Shown here: piece after piece, positions 48,553 to 58,434 of the stretch | Numbering within the stretch: position 1 is the first letter of the stretch | How the letters are laid out: every line of letters begins with the position of its first letter | Origin: Myxococcota bacterium | GTDB lineage: Bacteria; Myxococcota_A; UBA796; CAJQPC01 | Direction: 5' to 3' | NCBI GenBank assembly: GCA_036012755.1 | Contig: DASCPX010000179.1 | Span: 64,001 to 128,000 of the forward strand | Length of the DNA: 64,000 nt | Translations under genes and position numbers: made by a program | The notes under the pieces: model-generated | The model's input: only the letters and a program-made list of their open reading frames with translations | What the model was told of the DNA's origin: nothing | Databases searched by the model: none

Positions 48553-48956
48553 AGTCCGACGACGTGCCCCAGGACCCGGGCGCCTGCTACGAGGGGCAGC
48601 TCCGCCGGCTGACCTACGCCGTCGGCGAGGACGGCACCTACAAGGGAGTCCCGAGCATCGGATGGGAGGCCGAGATCGCTGCGACACAGGTGGCGACCGA
48701 GCGGGCCAACGCGCGCATCCAGAAGGCCTGGGAGGCGGCGCGCGAGGGCCGGACCTCCACTCTCGGCTACCACATGGTGGCGGCCCAGATGGACCTGATG
48801 CTCCTGTCCAACGAGACGGGGCTGTGGCGCTGGCGCATCAAGCGTCACCTTCGCAGCCTGCCCGCCTCGATCGACCTGCACTCCCGCTACGCAGACGCGC
48901 TGGGCTTGAGCGTCGAGGCTCTTGGGGGCCTACCCGAGACCCCAGAGCTGCTTTGA
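48549..48956 (+). CDS. Conserved hypothetical protein of dar/flexirubin-type clusters
   Basis: MK.DDVPQD, YAV..DG.Y....S.GWE.E, S.L.Y.M....MD...L....G.W.W..KRH; ATGA overlap. Confidence 0.7.
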   Translation: MKSDDVPQDPGACYEGQLRRLTYAVGEDGTYKGVPSIGWEAEIAATQVATERANARIQKAWEAAREGRTSTLGYHMVAAQMDLMLLSNETGLWRWRIKRHLRSLPASIDLHSRYADALGLSVEALGGLPETPELL

Positions 48957-49975
48957 GCTTCGAGCACCTCCACGCCGGACACTGCGAGTCCGGGGTCACC
49001 GCCGCGCTCCTGCGTCACCGGGGCCTCGCGCTCTCAGAGCCCATGCTCTTCGGCATCGGCAGCGGCATCTTCTTCGCCCACTTCAGCTTCTCGAGGGTGA
49101 TGGGCCAGCCGCTGACGACCTTTCGGAGCTTCCCTGGCGCCATCTTCAAGAAGGCCTGCAAGCGCCTGGGTGTCGGCATCGAGCGAGCGACCTTCAGAGA
49201 CCGCCGGGCGGGCGCCTCGGCGCTGGATGCGGCGCTGGTGAAGGGCACGCCGGTGGGGCTGCAGGTGAACATCTACTGGCTGCCCTACATCCCCGGACCG
49301 ATGCGGGTCCACTTCAACGGCCACAACCTCATCGTGCTCGAGAAGACAGGCGACACCTACCTCATCAGCGATCCGGTGATGGAGGAGGTCCACGAGTGCC
49401 CGGAGTCAGCGCTGGTCCGGGCCCGCTTCAGCGGGACCAACGCCCTGTTGGGCAGCGGCTTGATGTACTACCCGACCCACATCGACCCCGAGCCCGACCT
49501 CCGCCGAGCCACGGAACAGGGCCTGGCCGAGGTCTGCACGCGCATGCGCAGGATCCCCTTCATCCTTCCCTGGTTCGGTGTGCGCGGTGTCCGTCACCTC
49601 GCAGGCCAGCTCGAGGCCTGGCCGCGGCGCCTCGGCGAAGAGGATGCGCGCGAGTGGCTGGCGGGACTGGTGCGGATGCAGGAAGAGATCGGCACCGGGG
49701 GCGCGGGCTTCCGCTACCTCTTCGCGGCCTTCCTGCAGGAGGCCGGCGAGCTCCTGTCGTGGTCGGCGCTGTCAGCCATGTCCGATCAGGCCACCGACCT
49801 CGGCGACCAGTGGCGACGCTTCGCGCTGCACGCCTCGCGAAGGGCCCGCGGCAAGCCCGACAAGGAGTGGTCGGAGCTCGCCGAGCTGCTGCTTGCGCTG
49901 GCGGAGGCCGAGGACCGCCTCTTCGCGGACCTCGACGCCGTGAGGGTGGCAGGGGCGCCTCAGCTCACTGGCTAG
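48953..49975 (+). CDS. BtrH N-terminal domain (C39-like peptidase fold) protein
   Basis: TTG start; HCESG, SEPM.FGIGSG, HFNGHN, RMQEEIGTGG.GFR...AAFLQEA. Confidence 0.8.
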   Translation: MSFEHLHAGHCESGVTAALLRHRGLALSEPMLFGIGSGIFFAHFSFSRVMGQPLTTFRSFPGAIFKKACKRLGVGIERATFRDRRAGASALDAALVKGTPVGLQVNIYWLPYIPGPMRVHFNGHNLIVLEKTGDTYLISDPVMEEVHECPESALVRARFSGTNALLGSGLMYYPTHIDPEPDLRRATEQGLAEVCTRMRRIPFILPWFGVRGVRHLAGQLEAWPRRLGEEDAREWLAGLVRMQEEIGTGGAGFRYLFAAFLQEAGELLSWSALSAMSDQATDLGDQWRRFALHASRRARGKPDKEWSELAELLLALAEAEDRLFADLDAVRVAGAPQLTG

Positions 49976-50796
49976 CTCCCGAAGACGCCCACCTGGTGGC
50001 CGGAGACACCACCGACGCCGTCGAACATCATCGTGCCGGCAGCGTAGGGCGTGCCGCGGATGGAGACGTCCTCGTAGACCTCTGCGCGGACCAGGCCGCC
50101 GTCGCTGCGGAGGTCGACCTTCGTGCCCCTGGGCAACAGCACGTCACCGGGGAAGCGATTGCCCCGGGCCAGGGTGCAGCTGGCGACGTTGCCGTTGTCG
50201 TGGAGCAGGGCAGCGGAGAGGCAGGGCACCCCCGCGACGGTGACGGACTCCGCGGGAGAGGCGAGGTCGCCGAGCACGACCTCCGCCAGGTTGCCGTTTT
50301 CGTGGAAGGTCGCCCGAGCGCCTCTGCGCAAGCTGAAGTCACCGACGCCGTAGGGCTCGGACAGGACACAGCTCCACCGCCCGTCGGCGTGGGCCTCTGC
50401 GGTCTTGGCCTCCCTGCACGGCACGCCCCGGATGAACATGTTGGCAGCCAGGATGACGCGCACGCCGGTGACAGCGCCGCTGGCTTCGTGGACGATGGAC
50501 TCTCGCGAGCCGAAGTCGAGCGCCTCGAGCTCGTCGAGGGGGGGCAAGAGCACGACCTCCTCGCCAGCTTCGGCCACCTCGCCGCCGTCTTGTCCGCTGC
50601 CGTCCTCGTCGAGTTCGAGCTCGTCGGGGGTCCAGACCTCCTCGTAGTCCACGTCGGGGTCAAAGACGCGCATTTGCGGGACGCCGAGCGGATCGCCCTC
50701 CTCGGCCGGTGGTGCAGCCCCCTCGGCGAGGGGGTCGGACGCGGCGGACTCGGTGTCGGAGCCGCAGGCGAAGGCCAGGAGGAGAGTGAGGACCAT
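49972..50796 (-). CDS. Putative lipoprotein with beta-hairpin repeats (H.NGN.....L)
   Basis: MVLTLLLAFAC start; repeats GVPC...FHENGNL / LHDNGNV. Confidence 0.65.
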   Translation of the reverse strand: MVLTLLLAFACGSDTESAASDPLAEGAAPPAEEGDPLGVPQMRVFDPDVDYEEVWTPDELELDEDGSGQDGGEVAEAGEEVVLLPPLDELEALDFGSRESIVHEASGAVTGVRVILAANMFIRGVPCREAKTAEAHADGRWSCVLSEPYGVGDFSLRRGARATFHENGNLAEVVLGDLASPAESVTVAGVPCLSAALLHDNGNVASCTLARGNRFPGDVLLPRGTKVDLRSDGGLVRAEVYEDVSIRGTPYAAGTMMFDGVGGVSGHQVGVFGS

Positions 50797-50823
50797 GTCC
50801 AGAGCCTACCTGCCCCGAGACCG

Positions 50824-51561
50824 CTACCGCACGCGCCGTTGTATGAGCATCCAGGATCGCTCGACGGCCATGACGAACTTGCGGAGCCTCTCTCTCTCCA
50901 GATCTCCGCCCTGGAGGATCTCGAATCCGTGCACGTCTCCGTGCACTGCAAGGCAGTGGACCGCGACGAGGACGCTCTGTTCTTCGTACCGGATCTGCAG
51001 GGAGCCCTCTGCCCCGACTGCAAGAGGATTCCCCAGCAACTGCACGCCGACGCCACCCAGGGAGAGGTCGAGCAGGGTGCCCGCGCGAGGGCCGTCGACG
51101 TCCAGTTCGATCTCTACGCCGAGACCTTTGACCGGGATACGGAAGGCGCGCCGGGCCTGGACCACCAGGAAGCGCTCGGGCTTATCGAGCATGAGGACGG
51201 GGCCGGGGCCGCTGGGCTCGACGCTGTGGACCCGGGCGTGAAACGCCACCGAGCGCCCATCGCGAATGAGCTGAACCAGGACGAGGTGGCCCTGGGCCGG
51301 CCGATCCGCGAGCGAGTGTGCCTGGACGGTGACGCTGAGGTGGCGCTCGCCCAGCGCGGAGAGGCGACCGGGGACCACGCTCGGAGGATCGCCGAGCAAC
51401 ATGAGGACGGCGTCGCCCTCGACGACAGCATCCGAGAGCAGGTCCTCGCCAGTGGGCTCACGGCTTCTCCGGGTGGCTGGCCGTCTCGCGGCTGGCTTGC
51501 TGCCGAACATGATCTCTCCGGACTCACCCATCTCATCGGCTTCGGCGGTCCGAAACTTCAT
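50824..51561 (-). CDS. PilZ-domain (YcgR-like) c-di-GMP effector
   Basis: RRAFR (RxxxR) and DLSLGG (DxSxGG). Confidence 0.85.
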   Translation of the reverse strand: MKFRTAEADEMGESGEIMFGSKPAARRPATRRSREPTGEDLLSDAVVEGDAVLMLLGDPPSVVPGRLSALGERHLSVTVQAHSLADRPAQGHLVLVQLIRDGRSVAFHARVHSVEPSGPGPVLMLDKPERFLVVQARRAFRIPVKGLGVEIELDVDGPRAGTLLDLSLGGVGVQLLGNPLAVGAEGSLQIRYEEQSVLVAVHCLAVHGDVHGFEILQGGDLERERLRKFVMAVERSWMLIQRRVR

Positions 51562-51643
51562 GATTTCATGTGGCCGAATCCATGGCTCGATCCAATCAGA
51601 GCGCTCCGATCATGGAGGTTGATCAGCGAGATAGGGGTTCCTC

Positions 51644-52534
51644 GTGCGCGACCGACTCGCCGCCGCGGCCTCACGACGTGAGGTCCTCGATCTGTCCGGG
51701 ACCACGGCGTGGCGCCTCTTCCACGGCGTCGCCGAGGGACGCCCCAATCTGGCCGTGGATCGCTACGGAGGGGGCCTGATCGCCTGGATGCAGGACGAGG
51801 TCGACCGTGCGGAGCGAGAGGCCATCGACGAGCTGGGGGAGGTGACCTGGGTGCGCCGAGGCACGCCCTTGTCCACCCTCCCCTTCGAGGAGTTGGGCAT
51901 GCGGTGGCCCGCGGCCTCGCTCGGCCAGGATCCACCGCTGTTCCTGGATCTCCGAGCAGGGCGTCGCTGGCTGCAGGAGCACGCCCGGGGGCGGGTGCTC
52001 AACGCCTTCGCCTATGCGGGCGGGAGTGGGCTGAGCTGTGTGCAGGCAGAGACGGTGGTCAACCTCGACCACAGCGCCCGCTACCTCGACTTCGCCACAG
52101 AGGTCGCCGAGCACAACGGGCGCCAGGTCGAGTGCATCCGCGAGGACTACTTCGCCGCCGTGCGCCAGTGGGGAGGGCTGAAGCTGCGCGGACGCGGCGC
52201 CCGACGGCGCTGGAAGAGACGCGACCAACGTCGCTTCGACCTCGTCGTGCTCGACCCGCCGACCTTTGCGAAGAGCCCACTGGGCGCGGTCGACCTCCTC
52301 CGGGACTACCCGAGCCTGCTCAAGCCAGCGCTCTGTTGTCTCACCGCCGGGGGGTCCGTGCTCGCCACGAACCACGCGGCGAAGATCGACCTCGAAGACT
52401 GGCTCGGGATCTGCCGCCGCTGTGCAGACAAGGCAGGCCGCCCGATCCGGGACATCGAGGTGATCGTGCCGGAGGCCGACTTCCCGAGCTTCGACGGCAG
52501 GCCGCCGCTGAAGATCGCGGTGTTCCGGACCTAG
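51644..52534 (+). CDS. SAM-dependent methyltransferase, RlmI/RlmK-like
   Basis: RLFHG..EG...[30 protein letters not shown]. Confidence 0.85.
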   Translation: MRDRLAAAASRREVLDLSGTTAWRLFHGVAEGRPNLAVDRYGGGLIAWMQDEVDRAEREAIDELGEVTWVRRGTPLSTLPFEELGMRWPAASLGQDPPLFLDLRAGRRWLQEHARGRVLNAFAYAGGSGLSCVQAETVVNLDHSARYLDFATEVAEHNGRQVECIREDYFAAVRQWGGLKLRGRGARRRWKRRDQRRFDLVVLDPPTFAKSPLGAVDLLRDYPSLLKPALCCLTAGGSVLATNHAAKIDLEDWLGICRRCADKAGRPIRDIEVIVPEADFPSFDGRPPLKIAVFRT

Positions 52535-52932
52535 ATGCCGAAGAAGGCCTCCAGGCGGCCGCGGATCTGGTCGCGAGCCGTGCGGAAGCGGCGGAACTGC
52601 CGCCCGACCGGCTCGTCAGGGTAGCCAGCGGGGTCGTCGATGGGCCAGTGATCCCGCTGCACGCCAGGGGGCAGGACCGGGCAGTGCTCCTCGCCGCAGA
52701 GCGTGATCACCAGGTCGATCTCGTCGAGGTCGATGGCGTCGATGCCCTTGGCCGCGTGGCTGCGAATGTCGACACCAAGCTCGTCGAGGACGATGATGGC
52801 GCGCTCGCGGACACGCGTGGGCTCGCTGCCGGCGCTCCATACGCGCGTGCCCTCCGGTGCCATCCAGCGGGCCAGGCCCTCGGCCATCTGGCTGCGGGCG
52901 CTGTTGGCGACACAGAGAAAGAGGATGTTCAT
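52531..52932 (-). CDS. arsC: Arsenate reductase, thioredoxin-type (LMW-PTP fold)
   Basis: [20 protein letters not shown]...CP, HW..DDP. Confidence 0.88.
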   Translation of the reverse strand: MNILFLCVANSARSQMAEGLARWMAPEGTRVWSAGSEPTRVRERAIIVLDELGVDIRSHAAKGIDAIDLDEIDLVITLCGEEHCPVLPPGVQRDHWPIDDPAGYPDEPVGRQFRRFRTARDQIRGRLEAFFGI

Positions 52933-52969
52933 GGACCCGGGTTATCGCGTCGGCACTGGAAGGTGAGCG

Positions 52970-53551
52970 CTGACCGACGAGCTGCCGAAGCTGGACGCCA
53001 GGCGGCTGCTGAGGAAGCTGGCGATCGGGCTGGTCCTCTTGATGGTCGCGCTCGGCGTCACCAGCAAGCTCTTCCACGCAGAGCTCGTGAGCTTCGGCGA
53101 AGCCTTCGTCGGGCGCTTCGGCGGCCTCGGCGTGGCGTTCGGCTTCTTCTACCCGGACATGATCCCCGTCCCTGGCGTCCACGAGGCCTTCTCCGCCTTC
53201 GGACTTCTCGGCGGCATGCCCTTCTGGGAGGTCGTGGCCTGGGCCTTCGCCGGTTCGATCACCGGCGGGACCATCGGCTTCTTCCTCGGACGCAGCCTGC
53301 GCACCACCGAGCGCCTCTCGCGCTTCCTGCAAGAGGGCCGAGGCCGCTACGTCCATGGCCTCGTGCAGCGCTACGGCACCTGGGCGCTGGCGCTGGTGGC
53401 CGTCTCACCGATCCCCTACTCGATCGGCTGCTGGTCCTGCGGCGCCCTGGACTACCCCCTCTGGAAGTTCCTCGCCGTCTCGCTCTTGCGCATCCCGCGC
53501 ATCGCCTTCTACCTGTGGCTCATCCAGATGGGCTTCCTCGTCGCCACCTGA
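52970..53551 (+). CDS. DedA/VTT (YqaA-like) membrane protein, probable CTG start
   Basis: GGAAGG RBS then CTG-ACC-GAC-GAG; GS..GG..GF.LGR, SPIPY, F...S..R.PR. Confidence 0.75.
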   Translation: MTDELPKLDARRLLRKLAIGLVLLMVALGVTSKLFHAELVSFGEAFVGRFGGLGVAFGFFYPDMIPVPGVHEAFSAFGLLGGMPFWEVVAWAFAGSITGGTIGFFLGRSLRTTERLSRFLQEGRGRYVHGLVQRYGTWALALVAVSPIPYSIGCWSCGALDYPLWKFLAVSLLRIPRIAFYLWLIQMGFLVAT

Positions 53552-54808
53552 TCAGGCGTTCTGGGCCAGGAACTCCACGACCAGCGGGTCCCCCTCGAAG
53601 TGGCGGTCCTCTGAGAGCCGCCGTCGGACTCCCATGTCGAGCTGTCGCCAGACGGTCTCGGGTATGCCCGAGCCCTTCCACCAGCAGCGGAACTCGTCGG
53701 CGAGGCTGTCGCGCAACAGATCGACGTCGCCCCTGTGGAGCAGCTGGTCGTCGGGGCCGAGGGCGCGCACGCCCCGGAGCTCGCCGACCTCGCCGTCGTG
53801 GGCCTTGACCCAGCGCTTTCCGGCGCGAGCGCTGCGGAAGTCGAGGCTCTCGACCCCCGAGATCCCAATGCGTTCGAGGTCCCCCGCGAGCTGCGCGTGC
53901 ATCACCCGCCGCAGGTCGGGACCTGCCTTCGCCAGTCCGCCACCACGATCCGTCGAGTGCGGCGGCGGGTCACCGCGGGGGTAGACCCCTGGCCTGTCGG
54001 TGGGCTCTACATCCGGCTCCACGCCGTCGAGGGCGTCCTCGAAGGTGGCTCCGGGGACGAAACCCACTGAGCTCCGCGTCGTCTCGGGCGCAACCGACAC
54101 GTCACCCGGAGGCAGCGCCGCGAAGCGCGTCTTCCTCCAGCCCGAGCCCTGGCGCCGCGAAGCCACGAGGCGCTCCATCTCCTCGCCCGTGTAGACCCTC
54201 GGACCGCCCACCGCGCAGGACCGGCCGACCTCGAAGCGGTCGAGGTAGGCCAGAGCCACCTTCGCGACGTCGGCCCGGTGCATCGGCGAGTAGCGACTGG
54301 CCACATCGAAGCCATGCGGACGGGCCCCATCCGGAGGGACGACGTGGCCCTCGATGACCTCGTCGTGGGTGCAGCTGACCCGTACGATGGCCCAGGGGGC
54401 CGCGCAGTTGCGCACTCCGCCCTCGACGTAGAAGGCCCGCCGGTTGAGCCGCGCGTAGGACCACCGATAGGCCCCCATGACGCTGAGGTGCAGGATTCGC
54501 TCGGCCCCAGCTTCGTGAGCAGCCCGGACGATGTTCTCTGCGGCGATGCCAGCGTAGATGACCGAGCCCGGGCCGCTGGTCCGCGCGTCGATGCAGCTGA
54601 TGACCTCTGATGCCCCGTCCATGACAGCGCGAAGGGCGTCGATGTGTCGAGGATCGGCGTAGGCGACATCCTGGACATCCGCGAAGCCATGGAGATTGTC
54701 GAGGTCGCGGTCGTCGCGTACGACGGGGCGGACGGGGCGTCCGCGGGCCATCGCAAGGCGGAGGATCTCGCTCCCTGTGCGCCCGTTGGCGCCGACGACT
54801 ACGAGCAT
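53552..54808 (-). CDS. NAD(P)H-binding atypical SDR protein
   Basis: VVGANGRTG Rossmann motif, P....DVA. Confidence 0.75.
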   Translation of the reverse strand: MLVVVGANGRTGSEILRLAMARGRPVRPVVRDDRDLDNLHGFADVQDVAYADPRHIDALRAVMDGASEVISCIDARTSGPGSVIYAGIAAENIVRAAHEAGAERILHLSVMGAYRWSYARLNRRAFYVEGGVRNCAAPWAIVRVSCTHDEVIEGHVVPPDGARPHGFDVASRYSPMHRADVAKVALAYLDRFEVGRSCAVGGPRVYTGEEMERLVASRRQGSGWRKTRFAALPPGDVSVAPETTRSSVGFVPGATFEDALDGVEPDVEPTDRPGVYPRGDPPPHSTDRGGGLAKAGPDLRRVMHAQLAGDLERIGISGVESLDFRSARAGKRWVKAHDGEVGELRGVRALGPDDQLLHRGDVDLLRDSLADEFRCWWKGSGIPETVWRQLDMGVRRRLSEDRHFEGDPLVVEFLAQNA

Positions 54809-54866
54809 GCCGGCATCCTACAGCCCGCAACGAAAACTGCTTGCGCCCACTATGCTCAGGGAGCCA

Positions 54867-56396
54867 ATGCGTCGCCTGAAGGTCGCCATCATCAGCCTCT
54901 ACGCCCTGGAGAACAACGGGGTGCGACACGTCGCCTCGTCGCTCAGAGAGGCGGGCTTCCAGGTGACCGAGATCTACTTCAAGGACTGGGTCAACAACCG
55001 CTTCCCATGGCCGGCCGAGGTCGAGGTCCAGAACCTCCTGTCGCTGCTGCGAGACCGAGGGATCGACGTGGCCGGGATCTCGGTGCGCGCCAGCGCTTTC
55101 CACCGGATGGCGAAGTACCTCACCGAGCGGGTGCGCAGTGCCCTCGGGCTCCCGGTCCTGTGGGGCGGCATGCACCCGACCTTCCTGCCCGAGATGTGCA
55201 TCGAGATCGCCGACTACATCTCGATCGGGGAGACCGACCAGATCGTGAAGGAGTTCTTCACCCGACTCGATGAAGGCGTCTCCGTCCACGACTGCCCGAG
55301 CTTCTGGGTTCGCGAGGGCGACACCGTCTACCGCAACGACGTCGCCCCCCTCGTCGAGCTCGACGACGTGCCCTTCCGGGACTTCCACACCCGGGACGAC
55401 AAGTTCCACATCGCGGGCGACAAGGTCTCCGTCGGCGACCCCTTCATCGACAACCCCGAGTACACGCTCCTGGCATCACGTGGCTGCCCCTACTGGACCT
55501 GCACCTTCTGCAGCAACACGCTCACCAAGCCGCTCTACGAGGGCAAGGGGAAGGGCTACCGCGTCCGCTCGGTAGAGCACATCATCCAGGAGATGGAGTA
55601 CGCGACGAAGATCTGCAAGGACATCAAGGTCGTCCGCTTCGACGACGAGGTCTTCCCGATCCGTGCGGAATGGATCGAGGAGTTCGCCCAGAAGTGGCCT
55701 GCCCGCGTGGGCATCCCCTTCGAGGTCCTGGTCGACCCGCGCATGGTCCGCCTCGAGCCGCTGCGCCTGTTGAAGACCGCCGGGCTGCGGGCTCTCTGCA
55801 TGGGCATCCAGGCGACCGAGCGGGTGAACCAGGAGTTCTACAACCGCAACACGACGAACCAGCAGATCCTGGACGCGCAGGAGGTCTTCCGGTCCGTCGG
55901 CGTCACCAGCAACCTGCAGATCATCTGGGACGACCCCTACTCGACCCAGCAGGACAAGGACGACCTCTTCCATCTGGTCATGGAGCTCCAGCGCCCCTTC
56001 GAGCTCTTCCTCTTCGGCCTGACGATCTACCCCAACACCCACATGGCTCGACGCCTGCTGCGCGAGGGGCGCATCACAGAGGGACACATCGAGGGGGTGA
56101 ACACCCACGCCTTCGAGCAGTTCCGCGTGGACCTCGACTACCCGCGACCGAAGGAGGACACCCGCTGGCTGGCGCTCTTCGTCCTCTGCAACAAGAGCTT
56201 CCTGCCAAAGGACCTCATCTGGAAGCTCTACACCTCGGAGCGCTTCAAGGCCAACCCCGCGCCGCTGGTCCAGCTGGCCCAGGCGGTGAACCTCGTCAAG
56301 ATGGCGGGTGTGGCTGGCGAGATGACGCTGCGAGGCGAGATGACGCCGCTGTTGATCAAGCGCTGGGTGAACCCCGACTCCCTGGTGACGATGTGA
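54867..56396 (+). CDS. Cobalamin-binding radical SAM protein (paralog B)
   Basis: AGGGAG RBS; WGG.HPT..PE, GE.D, SRGCPYWTCTFC, FDDE.F, GIQ. Confidence 0.9.
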   Translation: MRRLKVAIISLYALENNGVRHVASSLREAGFQVTEIYFKDWVNNRFPWPAEVEVQNLLSLLRDRGIDVAGISVRASAFHRMAKYLTERVRSALGLPVLWGGMHPTFLPEMCIEIADYISIGETDQIVKEFFTRLDEGVSVHDCPSFWVREGDTVYRNDVAPLVELDDVPFRDFHTRDDKFHIAGDKVSVGDPFIDNPEYTLLASRGCPYWTCTFCSNTLTKPLYEGKGKGYRVRSVEHIIQEMEYATKICKDIKVVRFDDEVFPIRAEWIEEFAQKWPARVGIPFEVLVDPRMVRLEPLRLLKTAGLRALCMGIQATERVNQEFYNRNTTNQQILDAQEVFRSVGVTSNLQIIWDDPYSTQQDKDDLFHLVMELQRPFELFLFGLTIYPNTHMARRLLREGRITEGHIEGVNTHAFEQFRVDLDYPRPKEDTRWLALFVLCNKSFLPKDLIWKLYTSERFKANPAPLVQLAQAVNLVKMAGVAGEMTLRGEMTPLLIKRWVNPDSLVTM

Positions 56397-57451
56397 GCCG
56401 ACCGCTTGCCCGCGCGCGAGCATGGAAGAACATCGCCGTGTCCGCGTCGATGCGGAGGGTGCGCCCCGAGTGGGTGCCGCCCCCACACGCGGCCCACATC
56501 ATCACTACCTTCAAGTGCAACCTCAAGTGCATCGGCTGCGGCTCGTGGGAGGTCCGAGACCACGAGGACCTGACCCTGGACCAGTGGCTCCCGGTCTTCA
56601 AGCAGCTCGAGTCCCTGGACATCGTCAAGATCCTCGGCGGCGAGCCCTTCGTGCGAAAGGACATCGTCGGCCTGCTGGCCGCCGTCCGGGACGAGATCGA
56701 TCCCTACATCCTCCAGCTCGGCACCAACGGGATGCTGACGGACCGGATCGTCGAGGCACTCGACACAGTCGGCTGGCCGGGCCTGCAGCTCCGCATCTCC
56801 GTTGACGGCACCGCGGCGGTCCACGACCGGATCCGCGGCGTCGAGGGCAGCTGGGACCAGGTCGACCACACGGTGCGAAAGGTCGCCGAGCTGAAACAAA
56901 AGCGCGGCTTCCAGTTCGGCATCAACTTCGCGGTGACCGACGACTCGCTCGGCGACTTCGAGGCGATGGTGGAGTACGCCGAGAGCGTCGGCGCCGACCT
57001 GATCCCGGGGGTGAACGTCGACCCCTTCCTGGTGGGGACCACGCCCCCGGAAATCCGCCAGCAGGAGATCATCCTCTTGTCCAACGCTGATGAGGGGCTA
57101 CGACGGATCGAGGACCACCGTGTCGGCACACGGACCGAGCTGCCTCTCGTCGATCACCTGCTGTCGAGGTTCATGACGAGGCGTACCTTCGAGCGCCAGA
57201 TCGCCAGGAATGATCGGAGCTTCCCTTGCCGGGAGCTGCGCGACCTGATCTACATGCTGCCCAACGGCGACGTGGTGCGCTGTGGCATGGACCACGAACC
57301 GGTCGGCAACGTGCTGGAGTCGTCCATCGAGGAGATCTGGTACGGCGATCGGGTAGAGCCCCACCGCAGGAAGGTCGAGGCCTGCCCTGGCTGCATGCAG
57401 GCATCCGTACAGATCATGTCCAGGCTCTACGGTGGCTGTCTCGACGCCTGA
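56393..57451 (+). CDS. Radical SAM protein with SPASM/twitch C-terminus
   Basis: GTG overlaps the upstream stop; CNLKCIGC, GGEPF, TNG, ISVDG; FPC...PNGDV.RC....GN...IW...CPGC. Confidence 0.88.
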   Translation: MSRPLARARAWKNIAVSASMRRVRPEWVPPPHAAHIITTFKCNLKCIGCGSWEVRDHEDLTLDQWLPVFKQLESLDIVKILGGEPFVRKDIVGLLAAVRDEIDPYILQLGTNGMLTDRIVEALDTVGWPGLQLRISVDGTAAVHDRIRGVEGSWDQVDHTVRKVAELKQKRGFQFGINFAVTDDSLGDFEAMVEYAESVGADLIPGVNVDPFLVGTTPPEIRQQEIILLSNADEGLRRIEDHRVGTRTELPLVDHLLSRFMTRRTFERQIARNDRSFPCRELRDLIYMLPNGDVVRCGMDHEPVGNVLESSIEEIWYGDRVEPHRRKVEACPGCMQASVQIMSRLYGGCLDA

Positions 57452-57475
57452 TCGGGCTGCTATGGTCTCGGACCG

Positions 57476-57949
57476 ATGACAGGAGCACCCGTGAAGAAGG
57501 CCAACCTCTCGAAGCGCTTTCTCGCTGCGCTGGTGGACGGCGTCATCAGCAACGGCATCATGACGGCGATCGGCACACTGCTCCCTGGCATCGGAAACAT
57601 CGTGATGTTCGCGCTCAGCCTGATCCCGACCGTCTTCGAGGACGACGTCCTGGGCACACCCGGGGTGAGCATCGGACGCAAGGCCTTCGGCCAGCGCCTG
57701 GTCAACCTGGACGGTACCCCCGTCGACCTCAAGACCTCGATCAAACGCAACGCGATCAACGCCGGGATGGTCGTCATCGGTGTCTTCACGCTGTTCATCC
57801 CCCAGTGGATCGACATCGGGCTGGTCCTGTTCCGCGACGGTCGCCGCATCTCGGACCTCCTCATGGGCACACGCGTCGCCGACCTCGAGGAGACTCCTCA
57901 GCTCACCGTCGATCCGCCCGGGGACGATGCCCCGGATGAAACCGACTGA
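57476..57949 (+). CDS. RDD family membrane protein
   Basis: KRFLAALVD, SIGR...G.R.V, RN, R.SD...GTRV. Confidence 0.85.
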   Translation: MTGAPVKKANLSKRFLAALVDGVISNGIMTAIGTLLPGIGNIVMFALSLIPTVFEDDVLGTPGVSIGRKAFGQRLVNLDGTPVDLKTSIKRNAINAGMVVIGVFTLFIPQWIDIGLVLFRDGRRISDLLMGTRVADLEETPQLTVDPPGDDAPDETD

Positions 57950-58007
57950 CACACCGTGAAATAGCGTTCGAGACGCCGTAGCGAGACAGTGGGTTCAGGA
58001 GGTCCTG

Positions 58008-58358
58008 ATGATCCACGCGGTGCTCTTCTCTCTCGCCAACGCTTCCATCCCCGAGTCCGAGGTCCTCGAGATCCCGGTCATCCAACACGCCTCTGCAGAG
58101 GAGCTCGCGATGCGCCTCGAGCTGCGGGCTGTCCTCGACAACGACGTCTCCGCGATGGAGCAGGGGCTGGCGCTCTACGAGCTCATCCTCGACGGCATGG
58201 AGGAGGGTGACGAGATCGCCCGAACTCGCATCGCCGCCGGGATCCTGGCCAACCAGCTCGAAGACCTCGATCGCGCACGCATGCACCTCGCGCAGGCGCA
58301 GTGGCACCCCGTCTACGGGGCCGAGGCCGAGGCGATCCTCGCAGACCTGGATCGCTGA
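58008..58358 (+). CDS. Small exported helical hypothetical protein
   Basis: AGGAGG RBS, short signal MIHAVLFSLANA. Confidence 0.6.
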   Translation: MIHAVLFSLANASIPESEVLEIPVIQHASAEELAMRLELRAVLDNDVSAMEQGLALYELILDGMEEGDEIARTRIAAGILANQLEDLDRARMHLAQAQWHPVYGAEAEAILADLDR

Positions 58359-58434
58359 TACCGGCTGTAATCCAGTTCGGCTGAAGTCCGGAGACGGGCT
58401 TCCGATGACGCGTCCCCACAACAAGGACGCACTC

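Noticed and set aside
56393..57451. RiPP maturase with a precursor peptide
   Set aside because: No adjacent short precursor ORF, RRE domain, peptidase or transporter was seen.
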